A stretch of 64,000 nucleotides of DNA from Paraphysomonas bandaiensis. Its lineage: Eukaryota > Protista > Chrysophyceae. The notes beneath the pieces were generated by a model that did not search any database, was not told where the DNA came from, and saw only the letters and a list, made by a program, of their open reading frames with translations. A program made the position numbers and the translations under genes. The DNA is taken from NCBI GenBank assembly GCA_965644295.1, contig CBFFRP010000041.1, positions 248,001 through 312,000 on the forward strand, in the 5' to 3' direction. Below, in pieces: positions 63,337-64,000 of the stretch. Position 1 is the stretch's first letter. Each line of letters opens with the position of its first letter.

Positions 63337-64000
63337 GAAGTCCTATATGAATGATGTAGCTCAAAGGACTCTCAGCTGATCTATTTGTGAGCTGATGTGG
63401 GGTGTATGATGTATGTATATCCACACTGTTTGCCACGTCGCAATTTCACACCACTTCGCGGAAATAGAAAGAATGTTCTGCGGAACTACAGGTACTACAC
63501 CCAATAATACAGCATTGCATGCGACTTGTATCTATATCTACTGCATGTAGAGCAGTGTGTATTATACTCACAATGGTTTCTACAATTGCATTGAGAGGTG
63601 ATCTCAATACATATACGATGTGGAGATTGTCACTGTGCTGCATTTAACTCACACTGGTATGGTTATTTCCCTTTTTTATTAATGGCAGTAGAGGAGTGAA
63701 CGGGTAATCGTGGATTAAGACAACTCGGATTTGCATGCTGATGATGATATTAGCGGTATGTGTGCACTTATAAGATAGTGTGATGATGAGACGATAACAT
63801 CTGTGAGTGATATCCACTATGATGTGTCTGAGGTCAAGCACAACTGGTACGAAGAAGACAGATAGAGTGAATTTTGTAATTGGTAATTTGTTTGATTGGC
63901 AGGCCTATACCTCTCATTGGCTGTGCAAGGTACTTATGCTTTTACGCATGAATCGTTGCTTATATAATCATATGACAGTTGATCAAGCTATGTTGGTAGC

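Overview
Gene-dense eukaryotic nuclear DNA with many short (mostly ~45-60 nt) GT-AG introns; gene content suggests a stramenopile/ochrophyte-like protist (inference). About 18 protein genes can be supported: a soluble-type adenylyl cyclase with STAND NTPase/helical tail, COX6B, a membrane-anchored Ap4A phosphorylase, RPS24, a selenocysteine (in-frame UGA) glutathione peroxidase, a secreted beta-propeller protein, an AIF-like flavoprotein, an Sfi1-like basic protein, XPD/ERCC2, a secretory FKBP, a bHLH-PAS factor, POP5, a CDK9/12-type kinase, a SnoaL-like protein, an exostosin-like glycosyltransferase, a large NHL-LCCL-EGF membrane protein and a putative CudA/p53-fold-like factor. COX6B and most of POP5 are missed by the ORF track and were spliced by eye. 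Intergenic DNA holds Mutator-like, piggyBac-like, hAT, Copia and foldback relics. Most striking observations: (1) three large (TATG)n arrays each end 73-78 nt upstream of a start codon, and short TATG motifs lie at a similar distance upstream of four other genes, suggesting an expandable microsatellite promoter element; (2) a dispersed repeat with a covarying, G-U-rich RNA structure at probable retroelement 3' ends; (3) a Sec-GPx with a signal peptide, a spliced DREL C-terminus and no obviously canonical SECIS. Family assignments come from recognised motifs, not database searches.
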